Source of the DNA: Pecten maximus
Lineage: Eukaryota
Assembly: GCF_902652985.1 (NCBI RefSeq)
Contig: NC_047025.1
Span: 22,692,001-22,756,000, forward strand
DNA length: 64,000 nucleotides
Direction: 5' to 3'
Shown: one piece after another, positions 10,393 to 24,430 of the stretch
How positions within the stretch are numbered: the first letter of the stretch is position 1
How the letters are laid out: each line of letters opens with the position of its first letter
Notes under the pieces: model-generated
Databases searched by the model: none
What the model was told of the DNA's origin: nothing
What the model saw: the letters and a program-made list of their open reading frames with translations, nothing else
Program-made: the position numbers and the translations under genes

Positions 10393-12799
10393 CGTTATTA
10401 TTAATTTGTCTTCGATCCTGAGAATATCCTAAGACCATCAACAACTTCCTAAAGAAGACAGTTTATACTGATAGTTCCGTTTTAATTGTTTTCTTATGTT
10501 CAACCTGGAACAGTGTTATGGCCTTGAAAAATCAAATTTCGCGTTGTCAGTATTGGGCATTTTCTTGTGACGTCATAAGTGCAGGCCACCGTTCCCAAAT
10601 ATAAACAAAAAAATCATCGAATTAATTTAACATTTAAAATAACATATTCCATCGTGAGGACATTTACCTTTTATGCAACATATTTTCATAAATTGTTACA
10701 TTGACCAATCAGGATTTTTAATCCCGTAGCACGAATTTTCGTGACGTCAAAATAGACTTATTATAGTGACGTCAGACAAAATGACGTCATCTAGTGATGA
10801 CGTCACAAACATTGTTCTTAATATATCTACACCAATGGGAATTATGTGAGAATTGTGATCTGGTAACTTCCTATTTTGTTAAGTAAGATTATATAGTGAC
10901 AATGCACAGCAAATGGGAATATTATAAAACCTTATATTGAGGCGGAAGATATTATTCGTAAAATTTAACCTGAGTATGCCCCTATCAATCTGTTGGCATC
11001 AATTCGGTCAATGTCGGTATTTATACTTACACGACCGCCTGACCTTCCCTTGAATGTATGGCCTTTAAATGTAGACGACACTGTCTGTCCAATGAAACCC
11101 CCAGTGACAACGATAGTGAAGGAGTAGATACGAATGTCGATAGACATTCTGAACATACGGAATATTGCTATTTAGCAATGACTGTGGTTCGTAACGGTGT
11201 AGCCTATCGGTTAATCATGACTTTTAGCAAAAGCATATTGTATTAAAAGGTCCGATTTTCAAAGCATGATGTATCGTTCAGACCATAACAATGTCACGTC
11301 ATTGTCAATTAACATCAAATGTATATATTAAATAGAGCAGAATGTCGTACAATGATCAAGGTATCACACTATGTATCACACACAAACTTAATATTCTGTC
11401 GATAGGGATAAAATTATAATCGTGTTTATGGTATTTCTTCACAAAGTTTTCCTTTTACATTTCGTTAACAATTCAAACACAACTCTCATTCGAATTATAC
11501 TTAATAAAGTCTGACATATTAGCTCAGTCAGCAGATATCATATATATATTGTAAGTACGCTGTTTATAGATGTTCTATTTTATTACATGCAATATAATAT
11601 TTTGAATGTTATAAATTACCATGCTTTCCAAATAAAATATCTTTCCTTTTTTTGTGATATTGATTAGCATGTGGTGTTTTTGTATCAATCCAATTGTCAA
11701 GCATTATACCCAGGCGTTTCTATATACCAAGTATCATACAAAACATCAATGTGGACTTGTTTTCTCAACCTGCTTACAGAAGGAACAAAAGTACCATATG
11801 CACAAGTCTGCATTGCAACCATCTACGTGAAGATTCATGAGTTGTCTTTAACACAACTGACTGCCGTTTTCTTATTTGGCTACTTTCCTGGTCAAGAATC
11901 GAGGACCATTTGCCAATATAATTTGTCGAGTATTTTATTTGAGGAATAAAGATAGTTTTTTCGCTATCCTTTTTTTGTTTTTTGTTTTGTTTTGTTTTTG
12001 TTTATTTTTGTTTTTATTTATGATAGTACATAACAAAGCTATGTCGTGTTGCATGTTATTAGCCCTCTTGTCCAGAAGAGTCATTCTATGTCCCATTATA
12101 GGCATGACCTAGAGTCACTGAGACAATTATGTCTGTCTACTCCATTGTGTAAGATTGCCTAAATTACTACTACACCATTAGTGGTGCTTTAGTTGTCTGA
12201 CTGACACGCCGGGTACTGTGTGTTCATTACTTTTAATATAATATCCAGTCAGACATCTCATTCAGGGATTACACAAAAGACATGCTTGGTGCCCAGGTGA
12301 CATACTTTTTATCATATCAATATTATTTTAAGGCTGAAATATCAGAAAATATTGATTTGATAAAACTTCAACTTCAACTGAAGCTCAACTTCCCATCAAT
12401 TTAAAATATCCATCTATATATTTCAAAATATTAATACATAAGCATGCGTTGATAGAAATGTTTTTAGTTCAATCAGACATATACAACAGCTTTACTTAGC
12501 AAAAGAAATTTATTATTGACACGACACACAGGGAATAATATTTATATTTGCAATAACGGAGAGAATTTTGGATCACCATTGTACGATTGAAATATCTATA
12601 AAGATATCGCCACATGGTCGGAAATTGAAGAACAAATCATATTATTATATACAGTAATATCCTGTAATATAGAATTCAATAAATGAAATGGCATGCATTA
12701 TAGCAGTTTTCTTTTTTTGGGACTGTGTTTAAATCGAATCGCTAAAGAATGTTCGAAACATATACATGTACTGGGAGAGGTTTTAATACTCATAGAATT

Positions 12800-13440
12800 G
12801 GGGCCGATATCTGAGTATTCCTATCAATTTGTTGATATTTTAGTAGTCCGAGTGTTTTTAATAGATATTTGAGTATTCCTGGCATTGAGCTTGATGTTAA
12901 AGTATTCCTAGAATCGTGACTGATATTTGAGTAGTCCTGGCATTGAGATTGATATTTGAGTAGTCCTGGTTTTGATATTGATATTTGAGAAGGCCTAGAA
13001 TCGTGACCGATAATTGATTAACCCTATCAATATCGTTGATATTTTAGTAGTCCTAGTATTGTGAGATATTCTTATAGTCCTAAAATTGTGAGTTATTTGA
13101 GTAGTGCTAATGTTGTGACCGATATTTGAGTAGTTCTGATATTGAGATTGATGTTTGAATTGCCCTGCCATTGTGACCGATATTTGAGTTGTCCTGCCAT
13201 TGTGACCGATGTTTGAGTAGTCCTAGTATTGTGAAATATTTGAGTAGTTCTGATATTAAGATTGATATTTGAGTTGTCCTGCCGTTGTGACCGATATTGG
13301 AGTTGTCCTGCCATTGTGGATGATATTGGAGTTGTCCTGCCATTGTGGATGATATTGGAGTTGTCCTGCCATTGTGGATGATATTTTAGTAGTCCTAGCA
13401 GTAAGATGGATATTTAATAGTCGTAACATTGTGACCAATT
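12800..13440. repeat. degenerate 30-bp minisatellite, about 20 copies
   Basis: Unit approximately tgatatttgagtagtcctggcattgtgacc. Explains track ORFs at 13093-13438. Confidence 0.88.
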
Positions 13441-15959
13441 ATTCATTTGACTTTGTTACTTCTTATCTTTGTATTGGAATATCTTAATAATGTTACTGAA
13501 GTGCAAAACCACGATGGTATATGACATAAATCACACCGACTATCGAGTTTTCTATTCCATTTGAAGTGTTGCGAAGCATTTCTTATTTCAATGTGTCTGT
13601 AGTACACAGGATAGTGGTGGAAAGTGCGTCGACACGAAGTGGCCTGTTTGGATGTACGCCTACGAATTCGAATTCTACAGCTTTCTAAGAGTTCCGGAGA
13701 GGCGCCACGAGTCCGGCCGTGTATTGCATAGGGAGATAATTCTGTGCTTCTCTTTATGTGATATTTTGCTATGACATCCACGTCATATCCGATTAATTAA
13801 GTGCTACTGCCGTTAGACTGGTACCCTGATGCACCTTATCGTTTGAAAATTATTATCTCTCTTTAACGACCCGCTATAAATTAGGAGACAAACGTCTGTC
13901 CAGGGTCGATGGTTTCCACAGAAGACAATTGTTATGCACTGAAATCTTACTTATAACCAATCAGCCAGTTTCTCTGATGTATCGAAGCTTTCCTTCGTAA
14001 AAATGCTGATTTGTAATCCATCATAAAGTTAGTTTATGCATGTACAGATATCGTTGTGTGACATGATTTCATTGGGCATCAAGGCACGAACGACCTTGTA
14101 CATTGGTGTTAAACTCCAGTTACGTAGGCGCAATATGGTATAAATGTATCCAGGTCAATAGATAAGAGGATTTAGTGGGGGAATTTGAGGTCAAATCAAC
14201 AATGTAAACTATACTACATCTGAAGAAGCGTTATCCGTCTCTCATATACGGGTTTATCAACGCCATACTAGTATTTTTCATGTCTTAAAAAAGTTGTTAA
14301 GTTGACGGCTAGAGTAAATCCAAGATGTGCTTAGTGACATGGGGATACACGTGTAGTTACATCCCTTTAATATTTCATACCGGAGTTTTTTTCTTGGCAT
14401 TGCAATGTTCTGTAGTACCCTTAGCTTATCAGACGCGATTTGTCATGCGTGGCTTGTCGGTGTTAGAATTTTTGATGCGTGATAATTAAATGCTATGCAT
14501 GCATGTACGCTGAATGATAAACACGCTTATACGCTAACCTGACATGTTCCTGTACTTTTTTACAATCTAGCGTGTCTAGGCATTACAATTTTATTTCATT
14601 GCGTTTTAACTTAATTTCCTAACAATCATGAAATTGCCATGTCGAATAAACTTACATGCCTGATGACTTCACGAAAAACCACAAAAAAGTAGGAAGCCTA
14701 TGAATGAAAAAGAATACCCAAACCATACTTTGTACGACATGGAATGGAAGCAAGGTACAGCAGAAAATGCCGAGACGTCAATGATTGACCAAGTCGTTGA
14801 CTTACATGAGGAGCAAAAAACGACAGCCACGTTGAGCATTCGATTCTTCGATTCTCGTATTCATGATAGCGTTTTATGCTTTAAAACGAAATTGCATTTA
14901 TTCTGTATGTCAATTAAATAACAGCAGTTTTCAACATCATCATAACAATATGACATCAAATAACAACTGAGCTATTTTGGCTTACCAAAACTAAGATTAT
15001 GTAAACATACGTCGCCAAATCAAGAGGTCATGTTACTTAAAACACAAGTTTTGCCACTTCATGTTTGTTGTGGTGGCCGTCGGAGAGAATTTCCTTCCAG
15101 ACTTCAATTTGACGAAAGGTTGGATATGGAGACTAGACACGACAGGTCGTCGGCTTGACAACTTTAACACTCAAGAGGATTAGCCTGGTCTGTCTAGCCA
15201 ACTAGCATGTTACTCTTAGGATCTCAAGACAAAGGAGACATGTAAAAACAATTGTTCACTGAACAGAATAAAACTACTGCATATATCATGTGTGTCACCT
15301 TGATCGGTCGCTATTTCATATTGGCTAATATTAGCATGGGAGTTATAAACCTTTTTTTAAAATTTAAAGCCTAACCACAAATGATTAATATCAGGTATAT
15401 ATGCTCCAGTGACGAGTTAAGTCAGGCACGTCGGGAATCGGTCTTCCCCAATCAACAGAAATATAGGTGTAAAATATGGCCTGGCCTACCAAAGTTACAT
15501 ATTTGTGAGGGATAAACCATGTAGAACACATCTGTTGTCAATTGAAACCTTGCAAAAGTATGTGTGTGCTAAATTACAAATAGATAGAAATCTATCTGAC
15601 TAATCTAAAACCATACAATAAACCAAGAGATGGCACGTCTGAAATGATTCTGTGGGTACCAATTTCCTTTTTAGACAGCCCATAGACTTCTGATATTCCA
15701 TATGTGTCCACTAAGCAACGCAGGATCACAATATGCTGGATGTTGAGGATTGGAGCAGCAAATTACCAAACCTCACAGGCACCAAAATATGCAACCAATT
15801 ATTTATCGGTTGAACGTAACGTGTTACAACAATATATTTACATTTGCTCTGCATTTTCCCATTGACACAATGATAAGAGGCAGTTGTCACCATGCACCTA
15901 ACACCCAGGGCCTCAGGCTATAATACACAGTTGGTGTAGGAATACAGACAGTTGTTTTA

Positions 15960-17025
15960 TGTAAACAAATAAAATGGCCGCCAACAACGAGGAATCGCTC
16001 GATCGAGATTTACACAAACACTAAAATGTACCTGTTTGAAACTGCCATAAAAATGTGTTTATTAATTCTTAGTTGAAATCCATTATACTGCAAATGTATT
16101 TTCATGTCGTATCAATAAGTAATTCGTCAACATTTACCAAAAATGTCATTCTGTCGTCTGCTAGACTGGACCCGAATATGAAAGTTAAAGTTGTTCAAAA
16201 CAGCTTGTTCCTCGCGTTCCACAGATTGTCGAGTGAACAAATGCCTTTCTCAGGTTACAGATAACCGCCAAATAGCAGTCCCGAGCAGTGTATCCACCTC
16301 TAATCAAGTGACAATTCAGAATACCCCAGGTTTCTTCGTGAGTTCCACTTTCGATTCGTGCGTGTTCAATTTCCAAAACTAAACTTGGCGACAACCCCAT
16401 CTCTTATGCTTTCCACGAATATGACGTCACGCGATTTCGCAGTTCACAGGGAAAAAGTTTTGCTACGGTTAATGAATTTGAAAATGGATATGTTTAACTT
16501 CAAATATACGAAATTAAACATTGGAAGAAACAAAAAGTACTATTTCGTTCAGCTGATTTTTAGTCATGTGCCATTTAAAAGAAACAAGCGGTAATTTGTT
16601 GCTGGTTCAGTTTTCAAATTTGATGAAAGTGGTGAGGCAATATACATAAATATAAACATTGAGCAGTGGTTTTAATGTTGTTATAGTCGATATGACAGCA
16701 AGATGTATGGTGGGCAAAAGCTATGGGAACCCTTTGGGTTTGCTTTGATATTGATGAGTATAAGTTGTAACACGACACCAAGCAGTACTTGGTGGGGTCG
16801 TATCGGCAATGACAGCAACATCGTCTATAATATCATTATAGACTAGAACAAGAAGATACATTTATTTAATATTTAGTCAGGCAAGGGACTGGTGTATTGC
16901 CCTATCGGTACTGGGAACAACCAAGTGTTATACTGTCCCCAGCCATTGTGATTACTCAGTGTTCTACTGCCCTCAGCCATTGGCTTCGGGCATTTCCGGT
17001 CTATTACCTGAATTCTAAAACATAA
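15960..17025 (+). mobile_element. putative internally deleted Crypton-type (tyrosine recombinase) element remnant
   Basis: ORF 16191..16382 ends in a low-complexity tail plus GFFVSSTFDSCVFNFQN*, like the F..C.FNF C-termini of Crypton/DUF3504 proteins. A degenerate terminal palindrome at 16868-17020 has a gccctcagccattggcttcgggc loop. YY1-type aaaatggccgcc near 15972. Confidence 0.35.
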
Positions 17026-20000
17026 CAGTAATTGCATATTCAAACAAATGACATCAATTTAAAATAACGATTTTAGTCACATTTTAGTGTTGCTTTTGAC
17101 TGGTCAATCAATCAGCAACCTCCAATCTTCATTATTGAGTGGGGATGTGTGCACATTTGTGCCTTTTCTGTTTCACTAACATGGCTTGAAAAATAATAGC
17201 AGACTTAAATGCAGCATTAATCACGAATGTATTTTTCACAAACTTAAAAGAAAATGACGCTGAAACCCATATCTCAGACTTATCATGGATTTCTCCGAGT
17301 CATGGTCCCTCAATTTCTTTACGGCTACATAAATGTATATGGGCACATGATTAATTTTCAAGAGGTTGATCGTAATCAGAATGTCTTCGCTTGCGTAATG
17401 ACAAAAAGGAAAAAATATTTACAGATGAATTAATAGAATTATTGGCGATGTTTAGTTTTTATTTCCTTAAATGTTCTTTATATCATCATTTTCGACAGGA
17501 GACAACCCTTTCCACAGAGATAAATGTTGTTGCCGTCTGTTTTCCTTTCCCCCGGTTGTTGTAGTCTGTAAACAGTAATCCGTGTCTCCCATGTACCTGT
17601 GTAGACTAAATTTCAAAGCGGCCACTATATTGTTTTACATTCAAAACTTTTGCCGGTCAATAGATCGTTGCCCAGAGGCGGTCAATAGAACAGTCTCCGT
17701 AAATAAATTATTTGCGGTCAATAGAGCCCCAGAGACAATCGTAATTTAAAATTATAACTTATCTTAACATAGAAAAAACTACGTATTCGATAATAATATA
17801 GACTCTCTGATTAAACAAGATTAATGACAGAACAACACCAGCTACAACAACTCCACCAACAAGAACGACACCAACTATAACAACTCCACTAGTAAAAACA
17901 GCATCACCGGCTACTACAACAACATCAACTAAAACACCAGCCAACAAGATACCACAGACTAGAACAATAGCCTCACTTTATGTGAAGGTATGTGCAGCAA
18001 CAGCGCAGCTTTATTGTGAAACCACGTGTCACGGATAAAGTACTCTCATCAAAACAAAGACAAAAGAAGAGTAAAGTCTACACCGATCAGCAGCTATTAG
18101 TACCGGAAGTTTGAAAATGTTAAACCCATACTGCTGTCGTCACCACTGGACTATAATTAGGGGAACTGAGGCAGACTTCATATACAACTAATACAAACTG
18201 ACTGATGTGTGAACCTAGTTTTCACAAGACTAGTAGGGAGATCATGGCTGATTATCTGGTTCTGTGATGACGTAACTGACAGTGCGAAACCAAACAACAC
18301 AGTTTTACATTGACGTGTCCCTAGAGGTTCACTTGGCGAGGATAATCGTTTTAAAGAAATGAGCACACTTCAAAAAGCTATTATTAACTAATGTCGTTAC
18401 ATTAGCAATGTACGTGCCGACATGCTTAGATAAAACACAGCCAACTTATCCACTGCTACACCAGCTGACGTCTGCTTATGGAATTATATTATTATTAAGA
18501 GCACCGATGCCTTTTATAATTTTTATATTTTCTATTCCATGTTCCTTCAAGCATATAACAGAATGCGATATGTGACAAATAAGGATTTTCTAAGGACTCC
18601 AAAAATCATTTTTGATTAAGTTTAAACTCTGTTTTGAGATCTGATACATGATGCGGCCGTCGCCTGGGGAATGACCAACGCCGCACGTCTGAAATCAAAC
18701 GTCACCCAGATAGGGACCAGCGCAGAATGCCAGAAAGCAAGCGTAACCGTGACACGAATCGTCGCGCTACGCCAGAAAGGTCGTCGAATTATCTACCCCC
18801 TAGACCAATAGGGCAGGCCCTGTAACATGCAGCGTTGAAGTAGTTCCTAAAAGAAGAGGAATAAGTTTGCCCCCGTGGGACCTTTAAATAAATCATTTTA
18901 ATCTAGGGCGGTGTGACACAGTATGTCACAGACACGATGTGCTTGATATATAACAAATATGATTCCGTGACGATACAGTTGCTGGTATGACTTTCTGGTA
19001 AAACTATAATTATCTTAGCTCCGTACGTAAGCACATGACTTAGCTGCATTATAATCATTTCTAATGGATGACGGCAGAGATCTCTGGCGGACAAACATCT
19101 CGCCGAAAGCGTTACTGCTATTGTCTGCAATATCTGCATTAAACTACCAATTGCCACAAAGAGTTTACGTGCATGACTCCTCTTATATAAAGCACATCTA
19201 AAACAAGCGTGCATAAAGGAGCCTATGTCTTTAGTATACAATCGCATGCCATCGCACCGACCGTGCGGTTCCAAACAGTGTTCTACTTTCAGCTCTAGAG
19301 GGGAATATATAAAGTGCATCTGCATCAGCAAAACACTAAAACATATTGCGTAGATTCCTTAACATGATATATCTTTATTAAATAATCATAGATCCAAATC
19401 AATGTATATTAATCAATTATGCTGACCGAACCGCCCGTCGACATATTGAGCATATACTGAGCTACTACTAGGCGACAGAACCTGATCAACGGTAAGTGTA
19501 ATTTCATTATCAATTTATCACTAAATTCACACTACGTGAAAAAAGTTTACAGCGACAAATACGATACATAATTCCAAGCAAATCTTTAAATTAACAGAGA
19601 AAATAAACAATTCATTAAAATGGGATATCTTATTACTCACAACGTGGCTTGATTGTTCAATGTTAATGACATGAGCAAGCCTGGGAATATTAAAAGCGTT
19701 TATGTATAAATATTAATATAGTAGCTACCAAAAGCAGACTCGCAGTATACACGCATTTATGATAGAAACAAAGTGATTTTACAAGTTTTTACAATTGTCA
19801 AAGACAAATTAATGAGCCTCGATAATTACGGCATTTTCATTGTTATAGATTTATAACATTCCAATAACTCAGAGTAATAAAAACAAAATGTACAATTTTT
19901 CTTCAGAGATATTTCTCTTAAGACTCAACGTAATCAACTTGGGACATAAGACGTGTTGGTTGTGCTTTTCTAATTGACGTTATTGTATAATTTATCATGG

Positions 20001-20161
20001 TGACGTTATCCTACTTCACATTAAAATCAATATATCTAACAGAGTACGTATATCATCGCTGTGATTTCCGTGTCTTTTCAATGTTAAGAATCTCTTCGCT
20101 ACATTATCTATGACAAAAGCTTAAAGTTCATTGTTTCCTGGAGAGATTGGTAGGTGTCATT

Positions 20162-20772
20162 TAAGAAATAATTGTTATTTTTTGTTGTTCACTGGTGTAT
20201 GAACGGCATTTTTTGACAGATATTTTAAATGACGCGCGTCAGCGCGTCATGTTGAAATATCTGTCAAAAATGCCGTTCATACACCAGTGAACAACAAAAA
20301 ATAATTATTATTTCTTATATTTACATTTCAAAACTATTTTTCAACGTAATCTTTGAAAAAAATCATAAGAAACAGTATTCTACGTTCGTTATACGTAGTG
20401 ACGAAACAGCTGAATGATCGATGTAACAGCGTAACAGATAGTTCCAATTTGGCGGGAAAGGTAATCAAGTACACAAGTACACAAAATATAGTTCCACACA
20501 AATTCTAATCTTTAATTTTAATCATCATGAAAGAAAAATATTGAAATGTTGTCTTCAATTATTAACAAGTTTTAAAGTTGATGTAACATTATTTCATGTG
20601 TAATCAAACGCGATTTTAATTCACACTTCTGCATTCTCAATGTTGACGTTGGCACCGTCAACAATGTACTGTATGTATTCATACGCGGCAGGTTAATTGT
20701 TCACCTAGGAATGAACGCTAATTTTGTTAGTACCTTCATATAGAGAACACACAGTGGAAATGTAAATATAAG
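20162..20772. mobile_element. non-autonomous fold-back element: 156-bp terminal palindrome plus 16-bp subterminal inverted repeat
   Basis: Near-perfect palindrome at 20162-20317 (taagaaataat...attatttctta, centre atgacgcgcgtcagcgcgtcat). cttatatttacatttc (20314-20329) is the reverse complement of gaaatgtaaatataag (20757-20772). Confidence 0.8.
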
Positions 20773-20999
20773 TTATTACGCTCACGACGCATACAATGTT
20801 CATAAATTTTGAGCGAATCGAGGACCTTTAGCAGACACCCCGACATCCAGAGAACATTCAATAAGAAACAAACCAAGTGTTCCACATGAGTAAGCGTGTT
20901 CTCCATCTTAGATGATGCCCATCAAGTACATTTTGGTGCAGTCCAAAAAAACTTTCTTGAATATGAAAATGGTTTCTTCTTAGATATAAGTCACTACTG

Positions 21000-21340
21000 G
21001 CTTAGGGAAGCCATGCACTTGCTGGGATAGGAAAAACAGACACATTCTGGTCTATAGAATCACCAATTTTCTGGTCCATGGAACCCGACAGAGATTCACT
21101 TGTCTTTAAGACACAAAAACTGATTGATATAAACAACCAGACAGGATCTTACTGGTATATGAAACAGATAGACGTTCCCTCTAGAAATATCAGAAATTGT
21201 GCTGGTCTTGGAAACTCTGAAACTTGTTAATTTATGGGAATCATTAATGTGATGGTCTGTGCAATCAGAAACTTGTTGTCTAGGAAATCAGATGCAGGCT
21301 GGTCTAGGAAATCAGATTTGCTGGTGCAGTGGAACCAATT
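21000..21340. repeat. old, highly decayed tandem repeat
   Basis: Recurrent ctggtct(a/t)ggaaa(t/c)caga-like motifs at roughly 25-30 bp spacing. Confidence 0.45.
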
Positions 21341-23319
21341 ACCTGTTTATTAGTTAAAGTAGATACCAAACTCTAACAGATAGGTAGATATATTTGAAGG
21401 CACCCTTTCAAAGATTATTGCTCTGGACACCACTATCCCTTGAACCGTTAGTTTGGTCGGATGATGTGTCAAATGACTGTTATATAAGCCATTCGTGGGA
21501 AAGTTTAAGGTCCGCTGGTCGATGTATTCCATTCTGCCACGTTTGGGAGTTGACTTGTTGCCAGTACGAGGTGATGCTAGGCTAGAGATGAATTAGACAT
21601 GTCGCTACGGCGCTGGGGTCAGCAACCGACAGACCAAGCTGGCACAAGTACTCTCAAGTCTATAAATGCGTACCAACAATTAACCAAAAGTCTGTTTTTG
21701 GCATCTTTATTTCACGGAATTTGATTTAAAATAAGATATGACTGGTGCAGTAGAAACATGAGCATCACTTTTATCTCCGTCTATGTCGGACTATGGCGTC
21801 TCGTGGTCAGCGGCTCTGAAACTGGAGCCAAATACGTAATAGACACGGGGAAGATATTACATCAACCGGTCTCAATGGACGGAAACTGACTTCAACTTTT
21901 CTTACAACTCATAAGCTCTTTTTCTAAGTTTATCTGCTGATCATTGCAATGCCGCCTCTGTGGATTTAAGTAGATATCATTCCGTTTACTTAGTAAAGAC
22001 GCAGTATGACCGACTATTCTCCACAGGTACTTTTGTAGCTATACCCTGCTGCCAACATTTGTTCCCCTTATTATACAACGAATGCTGCCAACAAATACAA
22101 TTAAATTTTCATGTTTTTCTCTCTTTTTATTAACTACAATATATATCTAATTATTTGATCAAATTCCAACTGATGTTTTCACAATAGTCCCTTTTGTGAC
22201 TCTGTTGTGTTTTTCATGTCTATGCTGTTATGTAACGTCAATCTATATATATGTATGTGTCAGATTTATATAAGTGTCTTGACACTTGTTTCTGATTCCT
22301 TTTTGTATCATTTATATGTTGTATATGTATTGTTATTTGGAAATTGACAACTAAATGTTAAAACTAAATAAATTAAGATTTTTACAAGGAAAAGTCTCTA
22401 AGTACTATGTTTAGCATTGCCCTACCAATCATGTTTCAGTTTACGATCCTCTTTTCTCAAAAAGTAGCAGAAAAATGGCACTTGCAAATAAAAATATTGT
22501 CGACATAATATTTTATAAATACAGTAGAGCTTTACATACATTGTTAGTTATCGTAATATTATGAGGGTGAAACGAGACTATTTCTCCAATTATCAATCAC
22601 TATGTGTCTGTCCATGTCATCGGAATACATCTACGTTCCGTCATACTGACAAGCCGAATCCTGAGTACAGAATTGATGGACTTTGGTGTATTGTAGTGTG
22701 GTCAGTACGATGATGATTTGATACCGTATTGATTGACATATATATTGCTTGTGGTCAGTTGACAGATGGTCAGATTATATTTCTGATTGTTGTCTTTTCT
22801 CTTTCGATCTAAGATAAATCCATGCTTTACGATCGAGTACAGACTATTGGAATTTTTATTGATTTTTTTTCTATTTTTTCTATGCTATTGATCGTTTTCT
22901 TTATGGTTCAGTTTAAAAATATCATGCTTTTCTGACGAGTATAGCCTACTGATTTTGTTATTGATTGTTTGGATAAATTTTGTGTAACCTGTTGATATCC
23001 TTTATGTAAACACGATCGTGACAAATACTCTTGTACTACAGTAAATGGAGTATAAAAAGTACCCATTATGTCATAGATTCCATACAATGTCAACTCACTG
23101 ATTGTGTATGCTGTCTAACGAGCTAAGTTGTGCCGTCTTCGATTGCACAGTGTTTGTCCTTGTTTTGTCGATTTTGCGTTTTCGTTATACGTCGGGGTGC
23201 CTATAATGAAACACAATGGTTTTACAATTGTGCCATCCTAATTCACATATAAAGGTACTATTCACTAAGGTAACTTTTGTGCATTTATTTACGATTGGCG
23301 GCTAGTAAATGGTTATCAC

Positions 23320-23368
23320 TTGTATCACTGACGAATCCCAGACGGACGAAAAGAACTGTATGATGCAA
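23320..23368 (+). ncRNA. degenerate type I hammerhead ribozyme motif (retroelement-derived)
   Basis: ttgtatca-CTGACGA-atcc-cagac-ggac-GAAA-agaact-GTA-tgatgcaa. Stem I has 8 bp (ttgtatca/tgatgcaa, one G-U). Stem II has an A-C mismatch at its base and stem III is disrupted. Confidence 0.55.
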
Positions 23369-23519
23369 TTGTGTTTATTATTTGGAATTATTAAGATGCT
23401 ACTCAACTTTGTGTCGTTTGCACAATCAATAATTGTCAAATAAAAACGTATGCATGATTATATTTCAAAAGAAATGTCGTTAATTTTACAGAAGACAACA
23501 ACGATTACAATATATGAAA

Positions 23520-24430
23520 CATGATAACAGGGTCATCTATACATTGTAACGTGGTAACAGTGTCATCTTTACACTGTAACATGGTAACATTGTCATTTAT
23601 ACACTGTAACATGGAAACAGGGTCATCTATACACTGTAACATGATAACAGGGTCATCTATACACTGACACAGTGTCATTTATACATTGTAACATGGAAAC
23701 AGGGTCATCTATACATTGTAACGTGGTAAAAGTGTCATCTATACACTGACACAGTGTCATCTATACATTGTCACATGATGACAGTGTCATCTATACATTG
23801 TAACATGGAAACAGGGTCATCTATACACTGTCACAGTGTCATCTATACATTGTAACATGTAAACAGGGTCATATATACATTGCAACATGGTAACAGTGTC
23901 AACTATACATTGTAACATGGTAACAGTGTCATTTATACACTGTAACCTGGTAACAGTGTCATCTATACATTGTAACATGGTAACAGTGTTATATATAAAC
24001 TGTAACATGGTAACAGTGTCAACTATACATTGTAACATGGTAACAGTGTTATATATACACTGTAACATGATAACAGTGTCATCTATACACTGTAACAGGG
24101 TAACAGTGTCATCTATACACTGTAACATGGTAACAGTGTCATCTATACACTGTAACAGGGTAACAGTGTCATCTATACACTGTAACATGGTAACAGTGTC
24201 ATCTATACACTGTAACAGGGTAACAGTGTCATCTATACACTGTAACATGGTAACAATGTCATCTATACACTGTAACATGGTAACAGTGTTATATATAAAC
24301 TGTAACATGGTAACAGTGTCAACTATACATTGTAACATGGTAACAGTGTTATATGTTATATATACACTATAACAGGGTAATAGTGTCATCTATACACTGA
24401 CACAGTGTCATCTATACACTGACACATGGT
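23520..24430. repeat. 30-bp minisatellite, about 30 copies
   Basis: Unit tgtaacatggtaacagtgtcatctatacac. Explains ORFs 23817..24389 and 23887..24372. Confidence 0.95.

Noticed and set aside
18650-18825. GC-rich Arg-rich open frame (CGRRLGNDQRR…)
   Set aside because: Short, with no convincing splice sites or homology I can recognise.
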